DNA of 57,970 nucleotides from a virus: IMG/VR virus record IMGVR_UViG_3300045988_094645; one strand, 5' to 3'. Shown piece by piece: positions 18,447 to 30,434 of this stretch (position 1 is its first letter; each line of letters starts with the position of its first letter). The notes under the pieces were generated by a model. It saw only the letters and a program-made list of their open reading frames with translations, ran no database searches and was not told where the DNA came from. The position numbers and the translations under genes were made by a program.

Positions 18447-20192
18447 ATGGCGCTAAAAGATTTATTAAACCTCTCGAACAATAATAAAAAAATTGGACTC
18501 TCAGAAGAAAGAGTTCGAGCTATAATTCCAGTTGCAAGATAGTATGTAGCATTTTGGAGAGAGTATCCAGATATGTTTATTGATTTCTTGTAGACTGGTG
18601 GAGATGAAACTAGGAAAAAAGAAATTAACTTTTATTTTTACTAGAGAGTTTTCTTGCGGGCCGCCATGCGATATAAGTATGTATACATGGTATTCCCCCG
18701 TGCTTATTCTAAATCATTTCTTTCTGTAATGGTGCTTATGTGTAGATGTATTTTATATCCTGGATGTAAGTTATTCATTACTTCTGGGGGAAAAGAACAA
18801 GCTGCGGGAATTGCTAAAGAAAAAGTCTAGGAAATATGTAATGCAATCCCTGCACTCCAAAGAGAAATTGATTGGAGACGAGGCAAGACGCAGGAAGGAA
18901 AAGATTATTGTAAATATATCTTCAAAAACGGTTCCTACTTTGATAACGTAGCAGCTAGAGAATCCTCTCGTGGTAAACGTAGACATGGAGGACTTATTGA
19001 GGAGTGTGTCGGCGTAGATGGAGATATTCTAAACGAAGTTTTAATTCCCTTGATGAACGTTGATAGAAGATGTTTAGATGGCTCTGTTCATGAAGAAGAA
19101 ACACTTAATAAATCCTAGATTTATGTTACTACTGCGGGATGGAAGAATACATTCCCTTATAATAAACTTATTACTCTCCTTGTGCGCATGATATTAGAAC
19201 CAGAAAAGAGTATTGTTATGGGCGGAACATGGAGAATTCCTGTGTTAGTAGGATTGCAATCCCGCAATTTCGTATAGGAACTAAAATAGGACGGTACTTT
19301 TAATGAAGCTTCATTCGATAGAGAGTATGAATCTAAGTGGAGTGGAACTGTTGAAGATGCTTTCTTTAATGGAGATGCTTTTGATAGAAGTAGAAAACTC
19401 CTTTAGCCTGAATATGAATCGTCTGGAAGATCTTCTGCACAGGCTTATTATGTTCTTTCTGTTGATGTAGGTAGAAAGAAATGTCAATCTGTTGTTTGTG
19501 TCTTTAAGGTAACTCCTTAGTCACAAGGACCTGCTATAAAGTCTTTGGTAAATATATATACTATGGACGATGAACATTTTGAAGATTAGGCAATTAAGTT
19601 AAAGAGATTATATTATAATTATAAGGCTAAGATTATTGTAATCGACGGTAATGGCCTTGGCGCCGGATTGATGGATTATATGGTTAAACCTTAGATAGTA
19701 CCTGATACCAATGAAGTTTTTCCTGACTTTGGTGTAGCTAATGATGAAGATGGTGAGTATAAGCGGTTTAGGACAGAAAACACAGAATATGATGCCATCT
19801 ATGAAATTAAGGCTAACGCTCCTATTAATACCGAGGCGCATAGTAATGTTTAGACACAATTAAGAGCGGGAAAACTTAGATTTTTGATTGATGAAAAAGT
19901 TGCAAGAAATAAATTGCTTGGTACTAAAAAAGGTTAGGCTATGAAACCAGAAGAACGGGCAGAATATTTAAAACCGTTCACTTTAACTTCTATATTAAGA
20001 GAAGAAATGCTGAATTTGCGAGAAGAAAATGAAGGCGTGAATATTATTTTGAAACAAGCAAATAAATCCGTGCCTAAAGATAAATTCTCTGCGCTTGAAT
20101 ATGGGCTGTATTATATTAAATAGGAAGAAGATAGTAAACGCAAGCGTAAAAGTAGAAGATTTTCAGACTTTATGTTTATGAGCGAGGTGTGA
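18447..20192 (+). CDS. terL: terminase large subunit (~581 aa; ~13 in-frame TAGs)
   Basis: GGAGG RBS; the frame-0 reading carries terminase ATPase-domain-like and nuclease-domain-like segments (e.g. LFITSGGKEQA, IVIDGNGLGAG), judged by eye; ends TGA. Confidence 0.65.
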
Positions 20193-20194
20193 GT

Positions 20195-20551
20195 ATGAAA
20201 GCTAGTCGTGGAGAAATTAAAATTCATGAAATACTAGAGCAAAATGGCATAAACTTTAAAGAAGAGTATGAATTTCCTGGGTTAAAAGCGCCAAGCGGTA
20301 GACCACTTCGTTTTGATTTTGCTGTTTTTGATGATGATGGAAATCTTGATTTTTTAATTGAATATCAAGGAAAATAGCACTATTAGGCTGTAAGTAAATT
20401 TGGTGGAAATAGAGGGTTATATCAATAGAAATATAATGATAATCAAAAGCGTAGATTTTGTGCCTTAAAAGGAATTACGCTTATAGAAGTTCCCTATACC
20501 GAGGAAAATATCATCTCTTATGATTACTTAATGAGCAAGGCTGGATACTGA
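20195..20551 (+). CDS. Vsr/DUF559-like PD-(D/E)xK endonuclease domain protein (~118 aa), candidate homing endonuclease inserted between terL and portal
   Basis: MKASRGEIKIHEILEQNGINFKEEYEFPGLKAPSGRPLRFDFAVFDDDGNLDFLIEYQGK[TAG]HY[TAG]AV...; the DFxxF...IEyqG.qH pattern resembles Vsr-type nucleases. Confidence 0.4.
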
Positions 20552-20568
20552 ATCCGGGAGGTGATATT

Positions 20569-22197
20569 TTGTTAAAGAGTAGACAAGAAAGTATTAGAGC
20601 CAAAGGTTTTGATTTATTAAATCAAGACGTTACTCGCTATTAGCAGCAAGAGGAAGAAGATGACTTAGATTATAAGAGCATTGATTATGCTAAGATGCGG
20701 GTGGGGCTTCGCTCGGTAGATGATGCGCTTATTAATCTAGGTACATATAAGAAAATAAATAGAAATTATGGAGATAAGAAGTTCGTATTAAATGCTATTT
20801 ATAAGCATGATTATAGAACTCTAAGAGAAATCTCTAATTATTTCTATGAAAGTAGCGGTATATATTACAGATTATGTAAATACCTAGCTTTCTTATACAG
20901 ATTTGATTGGTATATAACCCCATATACCGTAAGCGCGCAGAAAGATAAGGAGAAGTTATTAAAAGACTTTTCTAAAGTATTGCTTTATCTTGATAAATCT
21001 AATATAAAGAGAATGTTTGGTAATATATCATTAGATATCATCAAAGAAGGGGCATATTATGGTATAATTGTTGACTTCGGAGATAGGTTTGCCATTTAGA
21101 AGCTACCTGCTTCATATTGTCGCAATAGATATTTCCAAGGCCCTAATCCTATTGTTGAATTAAATCTTGAGTTTTTTGATGTTTATTTCCCAAACCCACA
21201 GTATAAGGTTCAGATATTAAAGATTTTTCCTCAAGATATATAGAAGGCTTATATTCTTTATAAGTAGGGGAAATTAAAGGGAGATTACCCGGGGAGTACA
21301 ACTGTTTGGTATCCTCTAGATCCTAGTGTTTCAGTTAAGTTTAGCTTAAACGATAATGAATTTCCCTTTCTTGCGGGAGTTATTCCTTCTATTATTGATT
21401 TGGATTAGGCGCAAGAATTGGATCGTCAAAAAACAATGTAGCAACTATTGAAAATCATCATTTAGAAGTTGCCTCTTGATAAGAATGGTGATTTAATTTT
21501 TGACGTTGATGAAGCCAGAGATATTCATAATAACGCAGTTGCAATGCTTAAAAGAGCTATTGGAGTAGATGTATTGACAACTTTTGCGGATATTGAAAAA
21601 ATTGATACAAAAGACAATAACTCCAATACAACAACCGACGATTTGGAAAAGGTTGAACGTACAGTTTACAACAATTCAGGTGTAACTCATAATTTGTTTA
21701 ATGCCGATGGAAATATTGCTGTAACAAATTCTATATTGACTGATGAATCTAGCGTTAGAGATATACCTCTCATGTTTACAGAATTACTAAATAGAGTGGT
21801 AGAAAAATTCAATCGCAAGAATCATTATGAATTTAGAGCTGAGATGTTAGAAACAACATAGTTTAATTATAAAGAATTATCAAAGTTGTATAAAGAACAC
21901 GCTCAGTTAGGATATTCTAAGATGTTGCCACAAATCGCTTTAGGGCATTCTCAATCAAGCATTTTAGCTACATTAACGTTTGAGAATGAAGTATTGAACT
22001 TGGCGGAGATTATGATTCCTCCTATGAGTTCTAATACCAGAAGCGGAAAAGATTTGGGTAATAATAATTAGTCATCTAATACTAATTCTTAGAATAAATA
22101 GACAAGTTCAACTAACAATAATGGAGCCGGAAGGCCAAAGAAGGAAGATGGCGAAAAGTCTGATAAGACAATAGCTAATCAAGAAAGTTCGTCATAA
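20569..22197 (+). CDS. portal protein (SPP1 gp6-like), ~542 aa; ~14 in-frame TAGs
   Basis: TTG start after GGGAGGTG; frame 1 links supplied ORFs 20695-21099, 21469-21861 and 21886-22071; position after terL; Ser/Asn-rich C-terminus. Confidence 0.55.
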
Positions 22198-22211
22198 AGG
22201 AGGGATTGAAC

Positions 22212-23465
22212 TTGCATATTAGTGTTCCTATTTTAAACACAATGGAATATATTTAGAACACTTAGATTTCTCCTCTAGTTAGCAAAGGCGTTTGTAAAGT
22301 TTGTTATGTCGGTCAACAGCCAAACCGCAATCATACAGTGATTACTAAGGAAGTAGCTGTAGAGATGGGGCGTAAATTGCCGGGAAGTCCTATTGTTGGC
22401 TATTTTAATCAAGAGACAAAGGATTTTGAAGGTCACAATAGAGCGATTGATATTAAAGACGGCAAGTTTGCTATTGTTGATGTAACAAGACCTTATGGAT
22501 TTGTTCCAGATAACGCTAATGTATGGTTTTAGAAGTTCAATGATGAAGGTGTAGAAAGAGAATATCTAGTTACTGATGTATATATTTGGACTGGTGTTTA
22601 TCCAGAATCTAAGAGAATTTTAGAAAATGGAAACAACCATTCTATGGAATTAAATGAAAAAAATCAGTCAGGATTTTGGACAAAAGATGAAAAAACAAAT
22701 GAAAGAATCTTTATCTACAATGAAGCATTGATTGAGAAATTATGTGTTCTCGGAGAAAATGTTGAGCCTTGTTTCGAGGGAGCTCAATTTAGTTCTCAAT
22801 TTTCTTTAGAGGGTAATCAAGAGTTTTAGAAACTTAAAACTATGGTATACTCTATGATGGATCAATTAAAAGAAACTTTTAATAAAGGAGGCTCTCAAGA
22901 ACCTATGGATAATGAGAATAAAGCACTTACCGAATTCGAGAAAAATAATCCTAATCCAGAGGATAAAAACAAGGAGAAAGAAAATTCTTCTGGAACTCCT
23001 GCCCCTGAGAAAGAGGGAAAAGAGGATAAGGATAAGAAAGGCAAGTACAATCTCGAAGATGTAACCGAATATACAGAGTTGCTTGCTAAATTTAATGAAT
23101 TAGAGGGTAAATATTCTGCTCTTGAGCAAGAGAAGAATACTCTAGATACCGAAGTTGCTGAATTGAAAGAGTTTAAGCTCAAAGCTGAACGTCAAAATAA
23201 GCAACAAATGATTGATAGTTTCTATATGCTTAGCGATGATGATAAGAAAGATGTCGTGGAGCATATTGACACTTATTCTTTAGATGATATTGAAGCTAAG
23301 TTATCTATTCTTTGTGTTAGAAATAAGGTAAACTTTAACCTTGAGGATAAACATGAAGAAGATGATAAGACCCCAAAAGGACTTTTCAATTTGGAGCATC
23401 CAGAGACAGATAATGTTCCTGATTGGGTAAAAGCAATTCGTGAGACTGCTAAGAGCAGTATTTAA
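22212..23465 (+). CDS. head scaffolding-like protein (~417 aa) with acidic coiled-coil C-terminal half; four in-frame TAGs
   Basis: AAGGAGGG RBS; frame 0 links supplied ORFs 22338, 22644 and 22842-23465; the EKNTLDTEVAELKEFKLKAERQNKQQ coiled coil is typical of scaffold proteins. Confidence 0.4.
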
Positions 23466-23478
23466 GGAGGATTAAAGA

Positions 23479-24168
23479 ATGGCTAAGAGTTCTAAAAGAT
23501 TAGGTAATGCTACTTTTGTCCAATATGGATATGGTCAAGTAGAACCAAACCATCTTTCCGCTCCAAGAAATGGTCAGGTATATGCCCAGCTTCCTGCTGC
23601 TAGCACAATCACCCTTCTTGAGAATGGTCAATTCGTAAAGTATGACTATGCTAAGGGTGTATGTGATTTTAGCACAGAGGCTACTTCTGGTGCTTGGATG
23701 ATGGTATTCAATGAGGTAAAAATTTATAGAGATCGTGAGACTGATGCCGATTTTGCTATGATTAAAGATAACTATAACGCTCGTGTTTATAGCCCAATCG
23801 GACAGATCGTTTCTACACTCGCTACCATTAATGACTATACTGGTGAAGCTGTACGTGAAGGTAGTAACGTAGCATATAAAAAGAATATGGAAACATTTAC
23901 TTATCCAGCTTTGATGCCAGAAGGAACTAAAATGGTTCCACGTGTAATTAAGATTAGTATTGGTGATATTTGGACGACTAATACTATTAAGGCTGATGCC
24001 GGTTCACTTGCTGTTGGAGATCGTTTAAAGATTGATACTGATGGTTATTTAACCGAGGATACTGAATCTTCTGCTAAGGGTGGAGATTTAGATCCTATCT
24101 TTACAGTAGTAAAAGTATACACCATGCCAGATCTTCAACCCGGTGTAAAAGTACAGCGTGTAGGTTAA
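23479..24168 (+). CDS. capsid-associated protein (229 aa; no TAG); major capsid or decoration protein
   Basis: supplied ORF, AAGGAGG RBS; lies between scaffold and the 350-aa capsid-like protein. Confidence 0.4.
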   Translation: MAKSSKRLGNATFVQYGYGQVEPNHLSAPRNGQVYAQLPAASTITLLENGQFVKYDYAKGVCDFSTEATSGAWMMVFNEVKIYRDRETDADFAMIKDNYNARVYSPIGQIVSTLATINDYTGEAVREGSNVAYKKNMETFTYPALMPEGTKMVPRVIKISIGDIWTTNTIKADAGSLAVGDRLKIDTDGYLTEDTESSAKGGDLDPIFTVVKVYTMPDLQPGVKVQRVG

Positions 24169-24187
24169 TTGGAAGGAGTGAAGAAGA

Positions 24188-25240
24188 ATGTTAGATAAAG
24201 CTAATTTACTTAGTTTAATGAAGACTGTCGCCAATGCAAATCCTTCTGGTACCTATAGCTATCAAGGAGAATCCTTTAGCTACGACGCTTTGAACACCAC
24301 TTTGCGCAATGAGTTAAATGAGCTTGTTGGCACAGATGAACTTTATAGAGAAAATAAACATACTCTATTCTCTTTAATTGAGCAAACTATGGATGAAGTT
24401 GTTCCTAATCGTTTACTCAATTCTTATGGCAATTTTGCCGAGATTAGAACTTTCGGACAGGGAGATAAACCTGTATTTACTCGTAGAACTGGACTTACCC
24501 GTGCTAAGCAATTCATCACTCGCGTTGGACTTGCTGGCGTATACGAGACCTTTAAGCTCGGTTCCGAGAGCTTCGAAGTTGGTACAAGTGCTATCGGCGG
24601 AGCTGCTCGTATCGGATTCGAGGAGTTCCTCGACGGAAGAGTAAACTTCGCAGAACTTACTCAGATTGTAACTGAGGGTATGCAAGAGCTTATTTATAGA
24701 GAGATTGCTCAAGCTCTTATGGGTTCTATTAATCAGCTTCCCGCAGCAAACCGTTGTGCCGTTGCTGGTTTTGATGAAGCCACTATGGATTATCTTGTAA
24801 ATACTGCTAGCGCTTATGGTCAGCCTACTATTTACTGTACTCGTGAGTTTGCAGTAAAGATGATTCCAGATAATGAGGCTTGGATTTCTGATAACATGAG
24901 AGATCAGTATTGGGGAACTGGATACCTTGCTAACTACAAGGGAACTAGAGTGGTAATTCTACCTCAAACTCTTGAGGATGAGACTAACTCTAGAAAGATG
25001 ATTGACCCTGGTTATGCTTGGGTTATCCCCGGTGGAGCAGATACCCGTCCTGTTAAAGTTGCTTTTGAGGGTACTACTCACGTGCGCGAGCGCGATGATA
25101 ACGATGACTGGTCTCGTGATATTCAGGTTTACCGCAAGGTCGGAGTTGGCGTAATGATGGCAAATAACATTTTCTCTTACGTTGATACTGAACTTCAAGG
25201 TGAGCTTGATAATACTAACCCAAATCCAAATAATGGTTAA
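24188..25240 (+). CDS. major capsid protein candidate (350 aa; no TAG)
   Basis: supplied ORF with GGAGTGAAG RBS; size and position fit an HK97-fold MCP; strong terminator follows. Confidence 0.5.
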   Translation: MLDKANLLSLMKTVANANPSGTYSYQGESFSYDALNTTLRNELNELVGTDELYRENKHTLFSLIEQTMDEVVPNRLLNSYGNFAEIRTFGQGDKPVFTRRTGLTRAKQFITRVGLAGVYETFKLGSESFEVGTSAIGGAARIGFEEFLDGRVNFAELTQIVTEGMQELIYREIAQALMGSINQLPAANRCAVAGFDEATMDYLVNTASAYGQPTIYCTREFAVKMIPDNEAWISDNMRDQYWGTGYLANYKGTRVVILPQTLEDETNSRKMIDPGYAWVIPGGADTRPVKVAFEGTTHVRERDDNDDWSRDIQVYRKVGVGVMMANNIFSYVDTELQGELDNTNPNPNNG

Positions 25241-25242
25241 TT

Positions 25243-25278
25243 AAAAGGGGATAGGGAAATATCCCTATCCCCTTTATT
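25243..25278 (+). terminator. intrinsic terminator GGGGATAGGGA-aata-TCCCTATCCCC followed by TTTATTTATT
   Basis: perfect 11-bp stem plus T-run directly after the capsid gene. Confidence 0.65.
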
Positions 25279-25301
25279 TATTGAGAAAAAGGAGATATAA
25301 T

Positions 25302-25838
25302 ATGAAAGATAAGTGTATTGTTTATAATAAAAGTGCGGGCCGCGCGGTATATAAACTGCCTGAGCTTGGTGTACGTCGTATGTTCTATCCAGGTGAGCAT
25401 AAAGAGATTAGTGTATCTGAGCTTGAAAAGTTGGTTCAAACACCCGGAGGCCGCAAGCTGATTTATAATTATCTATTAATTGATGATAAAGAAATTATTG
25501 AATATCTTATTAATGGGAAAGTTGAACCAGAATATTGGTTAAAAGAGAAAGATATTGATTCGTGGATGCAGTCATGCTCTTTGGATGAATTCAAGGATGC
25601 TCTTGATTTTGCCCCTGATGGGACAAAAGATTTGATTAAGGCTCACGCGGTTTCTCTTCCTTTGAATGATATTTCAAAGCGAGATGCGATAGAAAAACAA
25701 TTAGGTTTTAACGTTACTAAAGCGTTGGAATTAACCGCGGACGAAGGAAAAAATTCTAAAAATGAGGTTAAGCCTGTTAGAAGAGCATCGGTTGCAAGTG
25801 ATGATACTCCAAAGCGTAGAGTAACTATATCCGAGTAA
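25302..25838 (+). CDS. hypothetical structural protein (~178 aa)
   Basis: ATG at 25302 with AAAGGAG RBS; same frame as supplied ORF 25281-25838. Confidence 0.4.
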   Translation: MKDKCIVYNKSAGRAVYKLPELGVRRMFYPGEHKEISVSELEKLVQTPGGRKLIYNYLLIDDKEIIEYLINGKVEPEYWLKEKDIDSWMQSCSLDEFKDALDFAPDGTKDLIKAHAVSLPLNDISKRDAIEKQLGFNVTKALELTADEGKNSKNEVKPVRRASVASDDTPKRRVTISE

Positions 25839-25857
25839 GATAAGGGAGGTTATAGCC

Positions 25858-26394
25858 ATGGATAATAAGTATCCAATTTAGGGCGATCCTACCCTTTTTG
25901 AAGAAGTGTACGATAGATTTTTTGGTAAAATTACTGATGATATGTATATGGAATGGACTAAGGAAGATACCGAGAAAGATTTGTATAATATTTTAATGGA
26001 TGCGCTCCCAGGGTTTGAATTTCCTAGATTTCCATTATATAGTTTTACCAATGTTGAGATAGCTAGTGAAGAGACTGGGACGATTGCTGTTCCAGCCTTT
26101 TCCGCACATTTGACAACCGAAGAAATAAATATTCTTGCATTATTGATGTATAATACTTGGTTATAGCGCTAGGTAGCATCAATAGAGCAGACGAGAATGA
26201 AATATTCTGGTACAGATTTTAAAATGACTTCTTAGGCTAATCATTTAGCAAAGTTGATAGAGCTAAAGAAGGAAGCTGAGCGTCAAAGCCACCACATGCA
26301 ACGTCTTTATAAAAGAAGAAAACTAATTGATAATGAAGGGTCTTATAAGTCGAATTGGTCTACTCTTAGAGAAACGAGTGTTTTTGATGGATAA
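25858..26394 (+). CDS. putative head-tail connector/adaptor protein (~178 aa; three TAGs)
   Basis: GGGAGG RBS; frame 1 extends the supplied ORF 25906-26166 through TAGs to TAA at 26392-26394. Confidence 0.3.
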
Positions 26395-26674
26395 ATATGA
26401 AATTGATTTTCCATTAGATACTAGAGAGCAAGATTTAAAGAGACTAATCAATTAGTTGTGGAAGTTAATACCAATGAAGGAAAACGATGAAGATTGGATA
26501 AATCATTTAAATACTATGATAGAGGAAATTAGTGGTTTGGTTAGGATATATAAAGATAAAGTCGAAGGTCTTATCTTATTATCTAAATTAGAAGGTTTAA
26601 CTTCAAGTGTATGTAAAGAAGATTTTATGATTTATCGAAAAACAGTCTTTAGATGTATAGATTTATTGGCATAG
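26387..26674 (+). CDS. hypothetical protein (~95 aa; one TAG)
   Basis: ATG overlaps the upstream stop; contains the supplied ORF 26456-26674. Confidence 0.3.
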
Positions 26675-26684
26675 GTAATAAAAG

Positions 26685-27677
26685 ATGACGAATCTTGAAT
26701 TAATGAGGAAAAGACTCGAGTGGCAAGGCGGCGTTCGGCAAGAAGATAGAATGATAAAGGATAAATGGCGCACTCTTCAAAAAGCGTTATAGTATTCTTA
26801 TCAAAGTTGTTCAGTTTAGATGGTACAAAAATCATCTTAGGTATTAGATGCATCTTTAGATGCTATTGATAATGAAATGGGTATTTATCCTATATATAGA
26901 GCGCTTATTAATCCCGATAAAGTAAAACAAGATTATGATGATAAGATAATTTCAATAGATCATATGGCAAAATATGAACCGGGAGATGTCTTTGAGTGGA
27001 AAAGAACTGGGACTTATTGGATTATCTATTTAGAAGAAATAACCGAGGATGCTTACTTTAGAGGAGAAATAAGACGTTGTAGATATAAGATTAAATTTAA
27101 AGATTAGGATGGAAAATGGTGTGAAACATGGGCGGCAATTAGAGGGCCAGTTGAAACTTAGATAGAATCTATTCAGAAAAATCAAGAGAGATTAGATAAA
27201 CCTAATTTAAGTTTAAATATCCTCATGCCAAGAAATGAGAAAACAATTCATGCTTTTGATAGATATAAAGAATTTCTATTTGCGGGACGGTGCTGGAAAG
27301 TCTAGGCTCCAGACGATATTAGCATGAGAAATGTTATTGAAGTCAATGCAGAAGAGGACTATATCAATAGAGATACAGACGATATTGAGAATAGTATGAA
27401 AGATGGATTAGTTTTTGAGCCTGTTGATCCTACTCCAGAAAGTGGAATATTAGGTGAAACTTTCATTAAGCCCTTAATAAAAGAGACTTATTCTGTTGAA
27501 GAACCTAATGGAACTTGGTCAATACTAGAAAAAGATTTCCCTGTAACTTTATGTCCGAATGGAAATAAAGCAGTAGATTTAGTATGGAATAAATCTACTC
27601 ATGGTCAATTCACTCTAATATGGGAAAAAGAAAATATTACGCTAGAAAAAGTTATTGTGGTAGAGTCTTTGTTCTAA
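26685..27677 (+). CDS. hypothetical structural protein (~330 aa; ~6 TAGs)
   Basis: ATG 26685; frame 0 links supplied ORFs 26877-27107 and 27324-27677. Confidence 0.4.
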
Positions 27678-27689
27678 GGGGTGAAATTA

Positions 27690-28226
27690 ATGAAAAAGAA
27701 TACCTATGAATATCCTAAATCTAGTTTATTGGGAATTTAGAAAGACGCTTCATTGATTATGGAGAGGATACTTTCTAATTAGAATGTTTTAAAGTTATTA
27801 GCTTATAATACTAGAGATTGGAAAAGTAAACCTGCGGTTACCGGAGATATGATAAAGGAAATGATTGAAACATAGCAAATTTCTCCTGTGCCTAAAATTA
27901 AAGTAGATAGGCCAGAAAAATCATATTTGCGATTAATTTATGGTACGATGGTTAGAAATTCTACTAATCCTGAATATAGAGATAATACCTTTGGAATAGA
28001 TATTATATGTCATTATGATAATTGGGATTTAGGAGATTATGATTTGCGTCCTTATAGGATAGCCGGAGAGATAGATTCAATGTTGGATAAAACTCATTTA
28101 ACTGGGATAGGAGAACTTGAATTTGTATCCGCTGTTCCGTATATTTATGATGAAGAGTTTGCCGGTTTGTCTCTTACCTATCTTGCAATTCGTGGTAATG
28201 AGGATAAGGTAAATCCACTTGTCTGA
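27690..28226 (+). CDS. hypothetical structural protein (~178 aa; ~4 TAGs), possible head-tail joining protein
   Basis: GGGGTGA RBS; frame 0 into the supplied ORF 27888-28226. Confidence 0.35.
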
Positions 28227-28242
28227 TTATAGATTAGCTTTA

Positions 28243-28968
28243 ATGGCTGGGATTGATATTCCCATTCCTGAATTACAACTTATTATTCATGTTCCCACCA
28301 TTAAAGAAATAGCTCTTATAGGCGAGACAAAATTTTTTATGGCAGTTCAATATCTTTGTTTAGACAAAGAATCATTAATATAGGACGAAATTCTTTCATC
28401 ATCCTTAACTAATTTTCAAGTATTGATGAAGGTGTTAGAACAATCTTAGGATAAGGATAAGAAAGATGCAATTATCATGCTTCTTACGTTATTATTTCCT
28501 GACTATATACCACTATTTACGAGAAATTCTATTATTTTAACAAAATAGAATGAAAAGCAACCTATTTTGATAGATGATAATAACTTTGATATTTTCCAAG
28601 ATACATTAAAAGAGGTCTTATGTGTAAATAGCATATTTCAAGGTAATAATGTTATCTATAATCCTGCGAATGATAGAGCAAAAGAAATAGCAGAGAAGTT
28701 AATGCGGGGACGTCGTAAAGTAGCGGAAATAAAGAATAAGGGAAATAATGAAAGTGTTTTAACACGTTATGTATCTATCCTAACAGTTGGATCTTAGACA
28801 ATGAGCTTGGAGGATTGCCTTAATCTCAATATGTTTTAGATATTTGACTTGATGGAAAGATATAATGCATTTATTGAATGGGATGTTGATCTGCGGATTC
28901 GTCTTGCAGGCGGCAAACCGGATAAACCAGTTGAATCATGGATGCGAGATATACATCCTAAAAATTAA
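28243..28968 (+). CDS. hypothetical structural protein (~241 aa; ~5 TAGs)
   Basis: frame 1 links to the supplied ORF 28567-28797 and ends TAA at 28966-28968. Confidence 0.35.
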
Positions 28969-28982
28969 GGAGGAATTAGCTC

Positions 28983-30377
28983 ATGCGTTTTGGTATTCGT
29001 GAGATTTGCGATGTAGTGCTTCGTGCGAAGAGTTATCAAACCCTTGGTAATCGTAAGTTCTACAAAAATGAACCAGTTTTATATTTCGACACTTTAAGAA
29101 CCTCTACTCTTGAGGGTGCTGCAACAACAGTATATGCGCAGGGCGGACGTGGATATTCTAGATTGATTGCTTGGGAAGGTGAGCGTACTCTAACCTTTAC
29201 AATGGAAGATGCTCTACTCTCTCCAGAAAGCTTCTCTATTCTTTCTGGTGCTGGCCTACTTGATGCAACAAAAGAAGCTCCTATCTATGTTCACCAGACT
29301 TCTCAGATTGAAGTTGAGACTGCCAATACTATTATTGTTCCAGACAAGGCTTGCTGGAATGGATTTACTGACCATGATAATGAAATGTATCATCGTTCTG
29401 CCGACATCTTTGTGATGGTTTTAGGTGATGATGGTCAGGTTAATGCCGAGCCTTGTATTCCTGTTTCTGTAAGTTACACAGAAGATGGCAAAACAACTTT
29501 AACTTGTTATTCTCATGCGGGTGTACTTCCTGCGGGAACCATTGTTTTAGTTGACTACTATGTAAAACGTACCGGTGGAGCACAAATGATTGAAATTACT
29601 GCTGATAAGTTTGGTGGTAACTATTATCTTGAGGCTTCAACTCTATTCCGTCGTGAGAGCGATGGCGTGGATATGCCTGCTGAATTTATCATTCCTAACT
29701 GTAAAGTTCAGAGTAACTTCACATTCAGCATGGCAGCTAACGGAGATCCTTCTACCTTCACCTTTACAATGGATGCTTTCCCTGATTACACCAAGTTCGA
29801 CCAAACCCATAAGGTATTGGCTGCAATTCAAGTAATTACTGATGAAAGCGGCGAGACCGAGGAAACTCGTGAGCCATGTTCTGAGAATGTAGGCACTTAT
29901 GAGAGCGAAGCTGCTGATGTGACTGTAAGTTTCGTATCTAATAGTGCTACAGCCGCAGAGCTTGATGTTACCGGTAATGTAACAGGAAAAGCTTATGATA
30001 CTGAGGCCTATGGCGATACTATCGCAGAAGCTGCTCAGATCAGCCTACAAATTCCAGTAGAGAGCGATAGCACCCAATATAATGTGGTAACTACAAACCC
30101 AGCTTATGAGAAATACTTCTCTACAGACCCAAGAATTGAAGGTAATACAAAGACTCAAACCGTTAGTGGCGAAGAGTTGGCTCAAGGATTGCTTGTAATT
30201 CTTACCAGCGAAGATCAGGCAACTCCTATTACCGCAAAGATTAATAAGATTAATGGTGATTTTGAAAAGAGTTATACCATTAACAACAAACTTAGCTTTG
30301 CTACATCTACCGCAGCAAAAGCTAAGACTAGCATTCGCAATAAGTTAGTCTCTGTCACCGAGGATGACGGAATTTAA
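28983..30377 (+). CDS. major tail protein candidate (464 aa; no TAG), probably with a C-terminal Ig-like extension
   Basis: supplied ORF; AAGGAGG RBS; placement before the chaperone/TMP; strong terminator follows. Confidence 0.4.
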   Translation: MRFGIREICDVVLRAKSYQTLGNRKFYKNEPVLYFDTLRTSTLEGAATTVYAQGGRGYSRLIAWEGERTLTFTMEDALLSPESFSILSGAGLLDATKEAPIYVHQTSQIEVETANTIIVPDKACWNGFTDHDNEMYHRSADIFVMVLGDDGQVNAEPCIPVSVSYTEDGKTTLTCYSHAGVLPAGTIVLVDYYVKRTGGAQMIEITADKFGGNYYLEASTLFRRESDGVDMPAEFIIPNCKVQSNFTFSMAANGDPSTFTFTMDAFPDYTKFDQTHKVLAAIQVITDESGETEETREPCSENVGTYESEAADVTVSFVSNSATAAELDVTGNVTGKAYDTEAYGDTIAEAAQISLQIPVESDSTQYNVVTTNPAYEKYFSTDPRIEGNTKTQTVSGEELAQGLLVILTSEDQATPITAKINKINGDFEKSYTINNKLSFATSTAAKAKTSIRNKLVSVTEDDGI

Positions 30378-30379
30378 TC

Positions 30380-30412
30380 TAAAGGGAGGACTTAATGTCC
30401 TCCCTTTTTCTT
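30380..30412 (+). terminator. intrinsic terminator AAAGGGAGGAC-ttaat-GTCCTCCCTTTTTC
   Basis: stem plus T-run. Confidence 0.65.
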
Positions 30413-30434
30413 TTTATAAGGAGTAATTGGAGTT

